Positions 39,912-53,489 of a stretch of 64,000 nucleotides of DNA are shown here, one piece after another. Below the pieces are notes generated by a model. That model was given only the letters and a program-made list of their open reading frames with translations. It was not told where the DNA came from and ran no database searches. The DNA is taken from NCBI RefSeq assembly GCF_006345805.1, contig NC_043026.1, positions 7,626,001 to 7,690,000 on the forward strand. The letters run 5' to 3'. The DNA comes from Octopus sinensis (taxonomy: Eukaryota). Every line of letters starts with the position of its first letter. The first letter of the stretch is position 1. The position numbers were made by a program, and so were the translations under genes.

Positions 39912-42373
39912 GGACAAAACACAGAACACACAACATACATACATACGACAGGCTTCTTTCAGTTTCCGTCTACCAAATCCACTCACAAGGTATTGGTCGG
40001 ACCGGGGCTATAGCAGAAGACACTTACCCCAGATGCCACGCAGTGGGACTGAACCCGCAATCATGTGGTTGGTAAACAAGCTACTTAACACACAGCCACT
40101 CCTCACTTTTTGTTTTTTTAATTTCTTGTTTTATTGAGGGTTAAACAATTTTTTTAGTTGAGGGAGATAACCAAAAGTACTGATATTTCTCGTAAAACCG
40201 TGGGGACATGACCCAATTTTTTAATGGGGTGGGGTAACCAAAAAGTGCCCCAGGACTGACCTGGAGCTAAACAACAACAACAACAAAAATTTCTGACCTT
40301 TAATCCATTTGTATTAACTCAAAACTCTCAATGCAGCCAATTTCAAAGACGAAGTCATTGTCAGTGTCACACTGTGCCACATTTGCAAGTGTCACCTACC
40401 ATTGTGCTATACCTGCTAATAAGTGACACTATTACTACTGCAGTCACAGGTTGCATCAGTTATAATACATTAAGCCCACAAATTCAAGAAGAAAAGTTGT
40501 TTACGTCAAATTCCCCAGTACATGACTGGTACAAGGAACAAAAGCAGATCGCCAGGTGAACTGAGAATGTTGACAAATAAAAGGGATACGGTGACCCCAT
40601 GTTTTGCACGACTTAATACTTGTCATAACTGTCTGGTTAGATTTAACAAGCGAATGGCTCAATGTGTTAGAAATAGCAGCTAAATTTCCCTCAAGAAGAA
40701 AAAGGATACATTGTTTGGGGACAAGTGGGGTCAGTTATGGCTGTCTTTCTTCTTGCGTACCTTCGACATAAACGACACAATCCCATCACACACCAGTTGC
40801 TTACAAACCCTTAACAATGTTGACCCCTTTTCTCTCTCCCTCGCTTGTGTACCCAGAAACAGTGTCATAAGAGTAAGCAGCCCCGACCAGCGACGACACA
40901 CAAAGCCCCTTCTTCAATAAGGGAGGAAAGGTAGGCAGTTCCGCCTCTCCACCATCGCTCATCTATGAAAGCAGCTTCACAGCTCCACTCGGCTCTACTC
41001 CCCCCCTCCACCTATCAGCAACCTCACCGCCGCCGCCACCATTGTTATTGTTATTAGACTACGCTCCCTCGCCGCCGCCGCCGCCACCACCACATCAACA
41101 GCACCAGACCCCATAGCGATAATCCTCCACCGCTACCACCACTATCCAGAACAGAGACAGCGAAGGGGGACAAGGAGAAGAAGGCGGTTGATGTGAATGT
41201 TGCAGGAATTTGAGGGAGGCGGCGGCGGTTAAGGCGGATGATGGATGTGGTGATGGTGATGATGGTGAAAACGGTGGAGGAGGCGGTGACGACGACGACG
41301 ACGGAAGAGGAGGAGGAGGAGAGGAGGAGGAATGCCAAGAAAAAGAAAGAAATCGATTTCAGCTTTGTTATTGTTTTCTTTGGAAGCTTTTAATGAGGAA
41401 GCAGGAAGTGGTGACAATCATGCCGTTCACTACGTACACACACACACACACATGTATATATGTATACACGTTTGTTCATACATCTAGATGTGTCTACACT
41501 CACACATTTGTGTATATTTTATTTCCACGAGGCAAGACGGCCAGAAATTATCTTAAATAGTCCCAGATTAACGTTGATTGAAAAAAAACAAAAAGTTTAT
41601 CATCAAAATTCCTGCCGTGAAAATCCCGACTTTCTTTATAATACACCTAATTCTAAATATGTGTAACGGGATTTCCTCTATTTTATAGACATTAGAAGCA
41701 GATTTGGCTACTATAGTTAGCAAATCAAGCGACGAAGAAGTCTCCTTGCTGGTCCGCGGTCAATTACTGTTGAACAGTTGTCAGGAATTACTGGTATCTA
41801 AATCACACATTCGTTGATTAACCCTAGGTCAGTCCTGATCGAAGAGGCCTGAGACGGAAGGGGGCCCAGCCGTGACTACCCCGTTGATATCGGGCGATCT
41901 AGAACAGTATTAAGCAATAGATCCGTGGCTGCTATTTCTAGTAGAAAGTATGACCAGGGAACGATATGGCAGAAACCACGTGTTATATTACTGGTACATA
42001 AGTCAAACGGTCGTTGTGGGAGAGGAGACGATCCCAGTAACAACAATAACAAGAGACAATTTTTCCCGTCGTGGGTCAGCATTGAAAAGGATACAAAATT
42101 TAGCAAGATTTATTATCATCAACGAGGGGAACTACCCCCAAAATAGGAACACGTGATTATTATTATTATGGCGGTGAGATGGCAGAATGGTTAGAGCGCC
42201 GGAACCAAAATTACCTTATATTTCTCAAACATTGTGAGTTCAAATCCCACACAAATTAAACGTTAACTTTGGAAGTCTACATTTAGGGTAGATACCCATC
42301 TCCCGAACCAAAACAACAACACCAGCCCCTAATAAAGGCGGATGTTGTAAGAACTACAGTATAAGGAACTCAC

Positions 42374-42629
42374 CGTCGAACAGATAAAGGTTGCGGAGTT
42401 CGCGCCGACGTCTCTCCTCGGCTTCTCTCACCCGGTTCGCTTCGACGGGGTCACGTTTACGAAAGGCCCACAACAGTCGGCGTTGGTTTTGGGTGACGAC
42501 CGGTTCATCACTGGCAGCTCGGGGTCTGCCCCCACTGGCTGTGCCGCTACAGCTGGCACCGTTCCCAGAGGCACGTTGTTGTGTCTTTTTCCTCGATTTT
42601 TGGTCAAATAATTCCAGTATAAACTCCAT
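42374..42629 (-). CDS. Probable first coding exon of an uncharacterised gene (MEFILELFDQK...NQRRLLWAFRKRDPVEANRVREAEERRRRELRNLYLFD)
   Basis: ATG in GTTATGG context, non-repetitive CpG-rich ORF, charged helical segment, strong G|GTGAGT donor. No family recognised. Confidence 0.55.
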
Positions 42630-42812
42630 AACGGCTGAGAAACTGGGCAGAAATGGCGGGGACGGGGAAAAAGAGAGGAAGAGGAGGAAATTAGGGATGG
42701 GATAGGGGCAGAGAAAAAGGGTTTCTAGAGCAAGTAGGAAAACCTACTTTAAGGCCTGTTGTTTACGGTCAGGTTTCAGTGCCCACCCGGGGTATATGTG
42801 TATGTGTATATG

Positions 42813-42857
<45 letters not shown>

Positions 42858-44224
42858 TATATATGTATATATACACACACAGTGAAAGCTACTCCCCCGG
42901 TACTTTAAATTCTCTTCCTTTCACTCTCCACACATGGAGTTATCACTCTGCGCCCCCACCACACCCCTCACTAGGTCTTGCCACTTCCTCCTCGTCTTCT
43001 CCTCCTCCTTCCACTCCTTTTTTTACCCCTTACTCTCACTACCCCTCACTGTTTCTTTAAACAAACTTTGTTTTCGGTAGTGGGGGTGGGGGACCCAGCT
43101 CTCCTCTCTACCACCGCCGCCCCCACCGTTGCTGCAGCAAACAGAATGCTGTAAGTAGTAGTAGCAGCAGCAGCAGCAGTCTCATCGCCCCCGTCGCCAC
43201 TACCGTTGCGGCCCTATCGCCACCACTGCTACCATTATGACTACGACTACCGATAGTTTGGTGACCCAATACAAATTCTGGTGGGCCGGACGGCTCCGGT
43301 TTTACTACGCTGCTATTCATACGCACAAAGAGGCACAGACATACGCACACACATTTTTACATAAACACGCACACACATTTTTACATAATCACACACACAC
43401 ACACAAACCATCACCTACTTTTCTGTTAAAGCCGACCACCTCTCCTCGACCCACCCTAAGTAGTGCTTGCTATTTGCACGCCATGTACAGTACACACACA
43501 CACATTTATATATATATATATTATATGTATGTATGTATGTATGTATATACACACACACACATTCAAACCCAAATATGTTTATGTATATCTATGTATATAT
43601 ACTGCCAAGATATACACTCAGAGACAGGTCATCTTTCCAAATCTGCATACAACAGTGTAATCAGCAACGTGTATGTATATTATATATATATATATACAAA
43701 TCCCCCCAAAAAAGGAATGAAGTGTGTGTGTGTGTATACACACACATATATGTCCCCAACACTTGTACAGACTATCACACTTGCCATTATATACATACAT
43801 ATATACATATAACGTGCATATATATTACACACATACACTCACTGACATAGATATGTAAACAACTTTCTATATACCCACCCTATGAATCAGCTGATAAAGA
43901 AATACAAATATATACATCACAATTTATTCCAACAACAAAATTACAATATAAATACATACATTATAAGTACACATATATACACACATACATATAGATGTGT
44001 GTAGGCTGTTGTAAGGTGGAGGCAGGGTCGCCTGGAAGGGCAAAACAGTCATCACCTCTGGAAGATAAAATTTCACTCTTCTATCAGTATTGAGTACTTT
44101 CATCGGTAAATGTTCTTTATCACTTAATCTACTTCTATACACACACACAAATGTACGTGTGTACGCATAAACAGACAGACAGACAGACAGACATACATAC
44201 ACACTACAGCCTCTGTGTATATGC

Positions 44225-44264
<40 letters not shown>

Positions 44265-45407
44265 CATTTATATATATATATATGTGTGTGACATGGCTGT
44301 GTGCTAAGAAGTCTGCTTCCAAACTACATAGTTCCAGGTTCAATCCTACTGCATGGCACCTTGGACAAGTGTCTTCTACTATAACCCCAGGCCAATCAAA
44401 GTCTTATGAATCTGTTTGGTAGACAGAAACTCAAAAAAGCCAGTCTAATATATATATATATATGTATGTATATCTATGTGAGTGTGTGTCTTTGTGCTTG
44501 TCTCTCACCATCACTAGTTTGGGGGGGGGACAGTAGGGGTGGGCCACCCTAGCCGGCATTTATGGGTTTGCTGTAGGCAATGTGTTTTTTGTGGGGATTG
44601 GTGGAAGCAAATGGAAGGGCCACTCCAGGTGGCACACACTCTACCTACGCTACTGCTCACCATCACTTAACAACTGGTGTTGGTTTATTTACATCCTTGT
44701 AACTTTGCAGTTCATCAAAAAGAGACCAGTGGGGTAATTGCCAGGCTTAGAAATAAAATAAGTACTGGTTGATTTGTTTGACAAAATCCTTTAAGGCATT
44801 GCCCCAGCATGGCCACAGTCAAATGAATGAAACAAGAAGATAAAAGATATATTTGGTAAAAAGTTTCATGGGAAAGGAATGAAGGCACAGAGAGAAAAGA
44901 GGAAAACATTCAAAGGACGTAGACATGCTTCCTTCATCGGTTGTCAGCCAGAAAACATCACAGTTTCAATGCCTTACCAATGATATCATTCACCTGGGTG
45001 ACACCAACAGCAAAACCCTGCTGGGATATAAACGAGTGAAAATGAAGGAAGAATAGGACATGTACAAACCAAGGTGGGGCCTGTAGACCAGACAATATAA
45101 AGGATGATTTATGAGGACAACAAAATGAAACTGCAAGGACAGTAACAAAATCATAAACAAATAATAAACAACACTTTTTTTGTATATATATATATATATA
45201 AGATATATATATATATATAGATATATATATATATATATACAATAAATGGTCTTTCAATTATACAACAGAATTAAAATAAGACATATATATATATATGTGA
45301 CAATTATTCAGTAGCCATGATAAAACTCCAAGTTTCGGAGTTTTATCATGAGTTTAGTTTATATGTATTATATATGTTGTATATATATATACATATAGTA
45401 TGTATTA

Positions 45408-45439
<32 letters not shown>

Positions 45440-45592
45440 ATATATTATATAAAGACCGTTGATTAGAGAACAAGCATTTTTGTCTGTGTCTCAATTTCAC
45501 TTGAGCACTTCTCTTTTTTGAAGTCCTTAATATATCTTTTTTGTTTCAATAAAAAGAAACGAAAAATTATTTCTTGTCACATTATATATATA

Positions 45593-45764
45593 GGCGCAGG
45601 AGTGGCTGTGTGGTAAGTAGCTTGCTAACCAACCACATGGTTCCGGGTTCAGTCCCACTGCGTGGCATCTTGGGCAAGTGTCTTCTGCTATAGCCCCAGG
45701 CCGACCAATGCCTTGTGAGTGGATTTGGTAGACGGAAACTGAAAAGAAGCCCGTCGTATATATG

Positions 45765-45795
<31 letters not shown>

Positions 45796-45985
45796 TTGTC
45801 CCCCTAGCATTGCTTGACAACCGATGCTGGTGTGTTTACATCCCCGTCACTTAGCGGTTCGGCAAAAGAGACCGATAGAATAAGTACTGGGCTTACAAAG
45901 AATAAGTCCCAGGGTCGATTTGCTCGACTAAAAGGTGGTGCTCCAGCATGGCCGCAGTCAAATGACTGAAACAAGTAAAAGAGTA
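45593..45985 (+). mobile_element. SINE family A, full-length, young
   Basis: Near-identical to 3607-4012, with CpGs intact. Confidence 0.88.
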
Positions 45986-46888
45986 TATGTATATATGTAT
46001 ATATATACATATACGCATACACACACACACACATTCAAAGTAGTTTGTCAATGGTCCTTCAGCAACAACACACCTTGATAAACTTAGGCAGAGAGGATGT
46101 TCTTGAAGCCGAGAATTTGGACTTATGGAGACAATATTTATGTCTAATCTGAGGAAACACAATTAGATCTCATAATGCAAGGAAACGGTTGCCTAATCAA
46201 GTACCAGCATGCCTAGAGAGCATAGAAACAATTGTAGTGATTGAAAAAAAAAGTCCAACCATACTCCTTGTTTACTCAAACATTTTTCCAATTATCTATT
46301 CACACACAACAGATGCCCAAATGCAAACCCGGGCTTACATATGATACTACTCCTGAATAGCACAGGGTAAAATCTGAAGATGGACGAGCTTTATTCTGTA
46401 CTCTCCTATGTTCTTAAGTGGCAGTCCGATAAAGGATGATGTTACTGTTAAGACCCAGGGCTTAAACAAGGGTAACATTGTCCTTTATGGGACTTTAACA
46501 ACAGTAACATCGTCCTTTATAGAACGGCCACATTCTGTTGGCAAATGAACTTTACTGTATATATATATATATATTAGTGTATAGAAAGGGCTATAACCCA
46601 AACCATGTCCTCGTGAAGCACATCTGCACATTCCAGTAATCAAATGTATGTATTTAGATGATGTTTTATTTTAAATGAGGAGGACATATCAGCTGAAAGT
46701 TCTGGTGACTCATCTCTGAGGACTAAATATTTATTAAAACAAAGACTGGGAAATTTGGTATAGTTTTCAGTCTTTGTTTATATATGTGCATATATATATA
46801 TAATTATTAGCAACAGAAGCAGAATTAATACCAAATGGCAATTTTTATATCCAACTTAATCTGGATGGATTGTTAAAACACTGATTAC

Positions 46889-47215
46889 TGCATTATTTAC
46901 TTTGGGAGGACCTCTGACATGGATGGATGCATGGTGCATAAAAGTGCACATATTGATATCACAGGCAAACGATAATCATCTGCCATGGGCATCGGAACTG
47001 CCAGATCATGGGATTTCGATGTACCCTGCCTCTTCAGTGGCAGACGTCCAGTAGCTGCATACAGCCAGATCTCACTGCCAGTGATATAAGGACTTTCAGT
47101 AACCATTTAGGCACAGCCCCTGTTGCAGATGATTCTCTTCCGTCAGTGATATAAATATGCGTACCTTTATGCACCATGCAACCATATGGGAGGTCCTCTA
47201 AAGGTAAATAATGCA
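46889..47215. mobile_element. MITE-like element with ~75-bp imperfect TIRs
   Basis: TGCATTATTTAC...GAGGACCTC...GCATGGTGCATAAA occurs at both ends in opposite orientation. Confidence 0.55.
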
Positions 47216-47672
47216 CCATTTGGTGCTCTGACAACACATCCACATTAAGCTGCAAGAAGGAGAAAAGAGCCTTTCCAGATCCAGTTGTAAATTGATGGCA
47301 GCAGGGAGGACATTCTAGAGAACTGAGAGTGTGGGGACAAAGGACTGGGTATAGAGGCTAGTGTAGAGTTCTGAAAGGAGTGGGTGAACACAATAATGGT
47401 GATGAGAGGAGAAGGAATGAGTGGTGACGGTGGTGGGAAGGATTCAATGAGAAGATAGAATGTCTATGACGGAGGGGGTGAAGTGTGTTGGTGAGTGATG
47501 TCAATCTGTGATGTTAGCCTTCATTGGGATATTCTGAGATCTGTATGTAACAGCAGAAGTAGAGTCCTGGACAAGCTTCGTGAAAGAGGATGCTCTGTTT
47601 TCTGGTACTGAAGAGGAGGTGGGGTCAATGTAGAGACTGGGCCATAAAAGGGGAGGTCCATGATGATGATGA

Positions 47673-47719
<47 letters not shown>

Positions 47720-48460
47720 TATATCTCATATTATGCTAAGAAGTGGCACACAGCTGGTTTTGACTCCACTTATACAGATACTCTAACAATTTGGAGTAGT
47801 TTCTTGTGTGTGTGTTGCACTGTCTTGATATCATGTGACAGTTGGATAAGAACATCACCTTTATACAAGCAACTTTGTTCATTTCCAGTTTTCTGTGGAA
47901 CTTGTCTGTCCCTGGGGGAAATGTAACAATGATTTGTAATAGGTGAAGGTTGGCAACAGAAAAGGCACCTGGCCATAGAAAATCTGCCTCAGTTAACTTT
48001 GTCTGCCCCATGCAAACATGAAAAAGGAAATGTTAAAATGATGATGCCATTCAATTTCCTTTTCTCTTTTATTCATTGAGTCTAAAGTTTAATTCTGGAA
48101 TTCAATTTCCCCCCCCCCCAGTACCATCTTAAGTGGTGCAATTAAAAATGAAATGAATTAATTATTATGAAATCAAACTTTCTATCTTCGAATGCAACAT
48201 TATTTTTGTAGTGGAGGAGAGGGTGAACATTAAACAGACATTTCCTAGGGGGTCAAAGGTAAAATTTTGGGAGTCTTGCTTTAGGGGAAACAGGAGTTTC
48301 ACCTAATACGTTGACACACACACACATACACATACATATATGTATGTGCATGAGTAGTACAAACAGAATAAATGGAACTTGAATTACATAAATATTTTTT
48401 TTCATTATTTTTAATCATTAAAAGTTACTAAGTAACTTATTAAAGTCTCATAAACATGTG

Positions 48461-48509
<49 letters not shown>

Positions 48510-48740
48510 ATATATATATACATACATACATATATGTGTGTGTGTATCAAACATACATATACATATAAACATATATGCACACACACACACTTACAGTCAA
48601 ACAGGGATGTCAAAGTTCAGAAACAATCTTTCTGTAGTGTCTAACTCCATACTTAACCACCTGGTGGCCACTTCAACCAGTGAAGAGTTTTAGTGGTAGC
48701 ACTCATGGTGTTGGTGTATTGGTCATTATAATAATAATAA

Positions 48741-48776
<36 letters not shown>

Positions 48777-48806
48777 TGGTAGTGTAGTAGTAGTAGTAGT
48801 AGTAGT

Positions 48807-48841
<35 letters not shown>

Positions 48842-50360
48842 TAAATGATTTCCTGAAGTTAAATTCTAAGCTAATTGTAATTCAGACATTCTCTTCTGCT
48901 TAACTTGACACCATAGTAATAAAATCTCCATCAACATTGGCTAAGGTACTTTTGCAATGGTTTGTAATGGACTGTTAGATTGCTTTAAACATTATTTGCT
49001 TACGATGGCCCCACAAAAATGATGACTGCAATGATCCAGGACTTCCAGCATGTCTCTCAAGGGAGCAGGCATGGCTGACAAGACTGATACGAGATAGGCA
49101 GATCCTGTGGCACTGAGGAACCTGAAAGTGACCCTGAACAACAGCCACAGGGTGACGAGATCTCCTCCTTCCTTCATGCAGTCTCCTGCGTTCAGTTTCA
49201 TAACACATGGACTTCCAGGGCTTCCAATTAACAGCCAGGGCCTCCAACTGACTGGGAGGAGGGACACCACATAAAATGAGAAACCGCTTGAGATGATCGC
49301 CAAAATGAAAATTTGGACATCTGTGAGGCCTACCTCCAGCCTCGACCTTGCTGAAGAGGACCGTCTTTGGGGACCAATCACCTGGCACATGAATCACATG
49401 GCCAACCTAACAGAAAAGACGACAAAGGATGCAGGCCTATGGCTTTAAATATTACGTGTCTGTTAATACACTAAAAGATTTTATTTTCTAAATGTGTGCT
49501 GTTGAAATTAGGTTCCATCCAATATGGCCATGTGTCTTTTATGCCACCAAATACGGTGTGTGTGTGTGTGTGTGTGCGTGCATGTATGTGTGTGTGCGCA
49601 TGCATGTGTGTGCATGTGTGTGGGTGTGGGTGTGTGTGTACCAAATAGAGTCACTGACAGATTTTATTGTAAAAAAGCAATGTTTTCTAATCTCTATCAA
49701 TTACCACAAATGATAACAGATCTTAGATAAAAAATGAGGAGAAGTTACCGAAATAAAAGATCTGGAAATAGAGATAGCCAGAATGTAGAGCTTGCATGCA
49801 AGAATTAATTGCCACAGTAAAATAAAGATGAATATACAATGGTGTTAGACTGATGCATTATGTAGAATAGCAACAGGGAGGTTAATATTACATATAACCA
49901 AGATAGACATAGCAGTGAAAACACACAATGAAAATAATTAACCAACATAATAATGATGATGATGATGATGAGGAGGAGGGGGAGGAGGAGGATAATGACA
50001 GAGGTAGTTGGTGATGAAGATTTGAGTGAGCAAGTCAATAATTTCAGAGGAAGTGGTTGCCAATGTGTGTGTGTGCACGTGTGTGTTTGTGTGTGAGTGT
50101 GAGTGTATAGATCAAGAATATACAAAAATATTGAAAAAAATGAGACACAAAGATAGGTGAAAGAACAGCCAACGGGGTGTATTAGTTTGATGCTCGGCAA
50201 AAATGTGTGTATATATATGTTTATATAAATATATGCACACTTGCATATACATGAATACTCAAATGTATGTATAATTACCTCGACCCCCATAAATAAAAGC
50301 AACAAACTTACATACAACAAGATATTTTTAGTTATCTCAAAAACAATCATTATGGGGAGT

Positions 50361-50404
<44 letters not shown>

Positions 50405-52879
50405 CACATATATATTATTACAATTCATAAATATATTTATATACATACACATAAATTATTATATGTATGTGTATGTGCGTGTTTGTGTGTGTGTGTATCT
50501 ATATACGTATGTGTACACACACACACACACACACACGTATGAAATCTATACAACCTTGCTTATTACTCATTAAAATGTCTGGTTTAACGAGTATTTGTGA
50601 TGGCTAGTCAGATACCAACGTCCCCAGATTTAAAGACCGACAAAAACAACAACAACAAGGAAATACTGATAAGCTTTAAGTATATAAATAGTGGCCCAGG
50701 ATGGGGAAGAGAGAGAGAGGAAGATGAGGGTAGGGTTGTCTTGGTTTACTGTTACAACAATATAACCACTTGATAGCAAATTAAATTTCGAGTGTCCTCA
50801 CCTCATGCCCTCTTCCCACCACCAACGCCTGGTTATATATTACATAACTTTGTTTTATTTCAGCTTCATTGTTATTATTATTATTATTATTATATTATTA
50901 TTATCATTATAATCATTAAGGCAGTGAGATGGCAGAATTGTTAGTCCACAGGGCAAAATACTTAACAGTATTTCGTCCATCTTCTTCCGAGGTCGACTTT
51001 GTCTTTCATCCTCTCATAGTCAACAAAATAAGTACCAATTGAACACTGGGGTCAATTTAATCGACTTAGCCCCACCCCAAAACTGCTGGCCTTGTGCCTA
51101 AATTTGAAACCATTATTATTATTGAGTGAGAGAGCAGCATGTGCCATCAAGGTGACACTGGGGTAAAATATACAAAGCCCAGTATACCCATCATGACTAC
51201 CAGTCTGATAAGGGTACACCAGGCACATGCATCACAACCATATGTGTGTGACATGGTGATCTCATATCAAGATAAAGAGCACATGAACTTGCAGGCGAGG
51301 CCCAGTTAGAATTTTCTTCAGGTTGAGTAACCCATCCCGCTTAAAAGGTCCCTGAATAACATTCATTTAAGGATGAAACACCTATGTTTCTAGAGGTGAA
51401 TTATTCAAACCTCAAAAAATTACTTTCAACACATGACTATGATGCCCCCTCTGCCATTACTTCTGCTCGTAATCAGAGATGCACATATAGTCAGCCACCA
51501 AGGGACATGCTCAAATGGTTAAGGTCAAACAACTAACAAGCAAATCTGTGGTATTGAACAGAAAGTTTGCTGTAGGCCATCTTTTATACCAAAACAAGAC
51601 AATGTACATGATAACACTTCCAGTCACACTTTCCAACTGAGGCACAAGGCCAAGAATTTTGAGAGGAGGGGGCCTTAGTCAAGTCTATCAACCCAGTATT
51701 TGAAAGGGACTTTATTTTATTGTCCCTGAAAGGAAGGCAAAGCTGGCCTCAGTAGGAATTGAACTCATAATGTCTGAATGTAGCCAAAGTCAACTTTGCC
51801 TTTGATCCTTTCACAGTTGATAAAACAAAGTACCAGAGATATACTGGTGTCAACAGTAATCACTTATCACCACCTCTCATCAGCAGCAACAGCATCTTTC
51901 TCATTTTCCAACTAAGTTCAGTCACTGGAGTGTGCTCATGCTGGGGCAACTATAGCAGCTTCTTTATTTTGTGTTCAAATTGATTTCATGAATGTTGTTA
52001 AGGAGAGACAATGTCTCATCCTGGATGTAAAGAGATGGAGCCTGTGTGAAACAAAATACCACTTTTTCCTTTTTGGTCAGCAAATGAATATTTCACCCTC
52101 CACACAATTGGGCCTTGGTCAAGTCAATCAACAGAACAGCCTGCCCATGGCTGAGCACTCCATAGACACGCATACCCTTAACCCTTTAGTGTTCAGATTA
52201 CTCTGTTAAATGTAATACTTTTTCACTCAAATTGTTTTGAATTAATCCTGGATCATCTTACAGCTCTGAGGTTTCAATGATGTGATTACTTATTTTCAGA
52301 ATGGCATTGTAGGTTAGGTGTGAGAGGTTAGACATCGCCAGTTTGAATATAAAACATGTAGAATATATTGGGCCGGATTTGGCCAGTTTAAACACTAAAG
52401 GGAGTTCTCAAGGAAATCCAGGGTGGCTCACAGAATGTGACAAGGCTGACCCTTGTGAATTACAGGTACAACTCATTTTTGCCAGCTGATTGGACTGGAA
52501 CAATAAAGTGAAATAAAGTAACCAGCTCAAGGCTACAATGTGCCACCAGATATCGAACTCACAACCTTACAACAGTGAGCCAAAGACACTAACCACTAAA
52601 CCACACACACAAACAATGCAAATATAGAAATAAACAAAAAGTGTGCAGTAAGGCCATGTTGAGAGTGACGAGCCCTGGGTTGTTGTTTGAACATCTGTCT
52701 AGGAAGAAGGACATTTGGAAATAAAATGTGAGAAGCAGTCAGTCTCTTGTAGTCCAATGGAATAGTCAGCCTCTCTGTTATGTCACACATTTCATTCATG
52801 GACACAGGAATTCCTCAGAAATGCAAACAATGGACTTTGGAAGGTTGTTATTGTCGCAGAGAGTGGTTGGGAGATCAAG

Positions 52880-53430
52880 GAAGTGTTCAATGGTGAAATA
52901 CTGTCACTTCTGTTAATTTCCTCCCTTGGAACAATACTTTGTGATAAGTGGAGTATAGGTGGCAGCAGTTACACTATCATACAGCCACATAGACACATGT
53001 CTCTTCAGCAAGACAACACATCCAGTATCAAGATGCTCCCTTGTACACAATCAGATGCTGGACACCTTACAAGGATGCAGGATGACAGGTTACCGAAGCA
53101 GTTGTTTTATGTGGCTTTGCAGTGTGGTAAATATCCGAGAAGAAACATTTAAGGCTCTTAGTATGAAGACTAGGATCAGTTGACAGAAGATCAATTAATT
53201 TAGAAAGGAGCAATTTACAATGGTTGTAAAGTATTTGAAACAAGGAGAATCAGACAATCCCCTTGAAATAAGTTCTTTGTAAACAGGGCTGGACTTCAAT
53301 CCCAGACACTTTTCTGCTTGAAAATGTAACATCTGCAACAGAGTTTGTTTGTCTAAAACCAGACATGTCAGTCATACGAGATCCCATGATGGCTTTTTAC
53401 TCATTGAAGAGATGGCCTGCTTCTGTAAAG
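52880..53430 (+). mobile_element. Old RTE/BovB-like LINE 3' fragment; similar remnant at about 49170-49430 (-)
   Basis: GHLTRMQDDRLPKQLFY and a C-terminal CNICNRVC...HTRSH zinc-finger-like motif. Confidence 0.65.
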
Positions 53431-53489
53431 AAGTGAAAATCACCAATCACCATGTACATACATATATATGTTATATATATATATATATC

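Noticed and set aside
39721-40137. ORFs spanning the N-run
   Set aside because: Artefacts of translating across an assembly gap of unknown size.
42391-42705. Plus-strand 104-aa ORF
   Set aside because: Antisense shadow of the better-supported minus-strand exon in GC-rich sequence.
44978-45020. Possible minus-strand micro-exon (FAVGVTQVNDIIG, G|GTAAGG donor)
   Set aside because: Too short, no recognisable homology, and no partner exons could be linked.
47034-47255. Exon-like ORF with good acceptor and donor (LNVDVLSEHQ...MVHK)
   Set aside because: Most of it lies in one TIR of a MITE-like element that is mirrored at about 46889-46960.
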